This document shows, piece after piece, positions 61,471-64,000 of a stretch of 64,000 bases of DNA. Source of the stretch: Parvularculaceae bacterium. Its GTDB lineage: Bacteria; Pseudomonadota; Alphaproteobacteria; Caulobacterales; Parvularculaceae. Under the pieces are notes generated by a model. It saw only the letters and a program-made list of their open reading frames with translations, made no database searches and was not told the origin of the DNA. The DNA lies in contig JAJFFW010000041.1 in the NCBI GenBank assembly GCA_021776435.1, forward strand, positions 6,351 to 70,350, in the 5' to 3' direction. The position numbers and the translations under genes were made by a program. The stretch's first letter is position 1; each line of letters begins with the position of its first letter.

Positions 61471-64000
61471 TGTGTACAGTCAGGTGGGGGAGCGGCGCTT
61501 TTGCCGCCATCGTAATAACGGCAGCTTTTATAAGCGTTGATATTTTTGGTTTCGCGGGGGAGGCCAGTGCGCAGGTTTTGCCAGCGCAATCAGCGCCAAT
61601 CATTCGATCCGTCGCCGTAACCGGCAATCAACGCATCGAAGCTGAAACGGTCGCCTCTTATCTCACCTTACAGGCAGGGCAGCGTGCGGACCCAAAGCTG
61701 CTCGATGTTTCTCTAAAAACCCTGCACAATACGGGGCTTTTTTCTGATGTGTCGTTAGAGCTGCAGGCTGATGGGGGATTACTCGTCACCGTTCGAGAGA
61801 ATCCGATCGTTAATCGCGTCCTTTTTGAGGGCAATAAGAACGTTAAAGAAGATAAATTCACGGAAGAAGTTCAGCTCACAGCACGCGGTATTTTCACCCG
61901 AGCAAAGGTTTCGTCTGACGTTCAACGCATCATAGAAGTTTATCGCCGCACCGGTCGTTTCGCCGCCACGGTCACGCCAAAAGTGACGCCGCTGGCGCAA
62001 AATCGCGTTGATGTTATCTATGAAATTGATGAAGGGCCAAAGACTGGCGTCGCCAAGATTAATTTTGTCGGCAATACAGTTTTCACCAGCACTGAATTGC
62101 GCTCTGTCGTTTTGACGGACGAGAGCCGATGGTGGAAGTTTTTTTCGAGTAACGCGAATTTCGACCCGGATCGTCACGAATTCGATCAAGAGCTTCTACG
62201 CCAGCATTACGGCCGGAATGGTTACGCTGACTTTCAGGTGGTCTCCGCGATTGCTGAACTGACGCCTGACCGGAAGGATTTCTTTATTACCTTCACTATC
62301 GATGAAGGCCCTCAATATACGGTCGCCGATGTCAAGGTGAAAACCACGCTCGCTAAACTCGATGAGAACGTGCTTGAGGCGTTCGTCCCGATTAGGTCAG
62401 GTCAAATATTCGATGGCGAAAAAATTGAAAAGGCGGTTGAGTCAATCACCTTTGCGACCGGGGCTACGGGGTATGCTTTCGTCGACGTCAACCCCAGGTT
62501 GTCTCGGCATCCCGAAAGCAAAATGATCGATATAACGTTTGAGGTTAATGAAGGACCTCGCGTTTATGTTGAGCGGATTAACATCAAAGGTAATACGAGA
62601 ACGGTAGATAAAGTGATCCGGCGCGAAGTGCGCCTCACAGAGGGAGACGCCTTCAATCGCGTGCTTGTCGATCGTTCCCGTGCGCGTATCCGATCGCTTG
62701 GTTTTTTTAGTGAAGTAGAAATTGAAGAAAAACCCGGATCGGCGCCGGACCGGACGGAACTTGATGTTACCCTTGAGGAACAATCAACAGGCTCTTTTAG
62801 CGTCGGTGTTGGTATTTCATCGACGGAGAATTTTATTGTCGATTTCTCTATCGAAGAACGAAACTTGATGGGGCGCGGCCAGGCACTGCGCTTTCGGGTG
62901 CAGGCAAGCTCACGCACCAGATCTGTCGATTTGCGATTCACGCAACCGTATTTTCTGGATCGGAACCTTGCCGCTGGATTTTCTTTATTCAATCAGCGCA
63001 CAGATTTTCGTGAATCCGGATTTGTTCGAAATCGCTCTGGGTTTGGGGTGAATGCTGGATTTCAAGTTTCGGAATTTGGTCGGGGCGGCCTGCAATATCT
63101 TTTCACTTATGATGACGTTGATATTGATTCCATATCTAGGCAGTTGTTAGCCCCGGGCGCTGATCCGACTTCTATTCTGGCTCCCGGATCTAACTTTACG
63201 CTGATCGACACGGTTGATGGTTTTGGCCGCCCTGCGACGGCGGTGCAGGCCAATCTATGTGATTTCGCGGTGCAAAACCTAACTCCGACATGTGAGTCCA
63301 GTGGGCAATTTGTGTCCTCATTGATAGGGTATTCACTCGCTTTCGATCATCGTAATGACCCCATAGATCCGACGAGTGGCTGGCGTGCTAGTCTTGCGCA
63401 AAGTTTTGCTGGCGCTGGCGGCGACGTAAATTACGTACGCTCTGAATTCTCAAGTGCGTATTATCACAGGATTTTCCGTGGATTTATTGGCGCGTTGAAG
63501 TTCCGTGCCGGCTACATCGAAGGTTATGCAGGCGACGATGTTCGCCTTTCGGACCGGTTCTTTGAAGGCGCGTCTACTTTTCGCGGTTTTGAAGTGGCCG
63601 GGATCGGCCCTAGATTCTTAAGTCCCCAGAGAACCAGAAATGGCAAACCGCTCAGTCAGGCAATTGGCGCCAAGCTATATGGAATCGGATCAGCGGAAAT
63701 ATCAATACCTTTGCCGTTACCGAAGCAATACGGTATTAAAGCATCTCTGTTCACTGATTTCGGTACTGTTGGACTGGTTGACGATGCAACTAAATTTATC
63801 AATGGCGATGTGTCATTTTTTGTCGATCCGGATGGCGATGGCATCTTCGTCGAACCTGTTCAGGACGACCTTTCCTTACGAGCCACAGCGGGTGTATCGG
63901 TCAGCTGGGATTCTCCTTTCGGCCCTGTTCGGTTTGATCTCGCGGAAGTGCTTCGGCAGGAATTTTTTGACAAAACCGAGGGATTCAGATTTAGCGCGGG
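61471..64000 (+). CDS. bamA: outer-membrane protein assembly factor BamA (3' end runs just off the window)
   Basis: Open frame from the ATG at 61471 to the window end; not in the ORF track because there is no stop. Signal peptide. POTRA repeats ('IRSVAVTGNQRIEAETV', 'IVNRVLFEGNKNV', 'INFVGNTVF', 'RINIKGNTRT'). The barrel ends '...TEGFRFSAG' at the window edge. Confidence 0.9.

Noticed and set aside
1-64000. Looked for CRISPR arrays, rRNA genes, prophage or integrase genes and classic defence-system genes.
   Set aside because: No regularly spaced direct repeats, no rRNA-like sequence, no intact integrase or recombinase, and no nuclease, helicase or methylase-type ORFs recognised. The only mobile trace is the truncated IS3 fragment.

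Overview
The window is a chromosomal segment that looks alphaproteobacterial (Hyphomicrobiales-like). This assignment rests on gene order and a GAAC-N7-GAAC SOS-box-like motif. Two conserved housekeeping blocks flank a roughly 41 kb accessory stretch (about 8352-49900). The left block (80-8351) holds tRNA-Leu, tig-clpP-clpX-lon, hupB and tRNA-Val. The right block (50084-64000) holds dnaE and rpsB-tsf-pyrH-frr-uppS-cdsA-dxr-rseP-bamA. The accessory stretch begins with a truncated IS3-family transposase directly after tRNA-Val. It contains: (1) an RND efflux pair; (2) a membrane-anchored DhaA-like haloalkane dehalogenase; (3) a six-gene minus-strand locus (15110-21020) whose architecture matches the Pseudomonas Fap functional-amyloid system, with three paralogous repeat subunits, a C39 peptidase, a small secreted protein and a coiled-coil beta-barrel outer-membrane protein; (4) an FNR-type regulator, an orphan solute-binding protein and NDH-2. 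(5) The most unusual part is an apparently sigma54-driven respiratory module on the minus strand (26670-37814). It has two micro-membrane proteins, a cytochrome-bd-like subunit I homolog without a Q-loop or CydB, and five c-type cytochrome proteins carrying 9 CXXCH sites in total. One of these cytochromes is a triheme protein fused to a DOMON/EB_dh-like domain, and another is a 926-aa unknown periplasmic protein fused to cytochrome c. An outer-membrane barrel completes the module. It is transcribed divergently from a plus-strand operon (38358-47059) that encodes a tandem-USP protein with five PCP_red-like modules, an AhbD/NirJ-like radical-SAM/SPASM enzyme, a HemY/CgoX-like oxidase, a PAS histidine kinase and an NtrC-family sigma54 activator. 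Three -24/-12 promoter candidates and two copies of a 17-bp palindrome (15/17 identical) link these units. All functional assignments come from reading motifs by eye. No database search was run.
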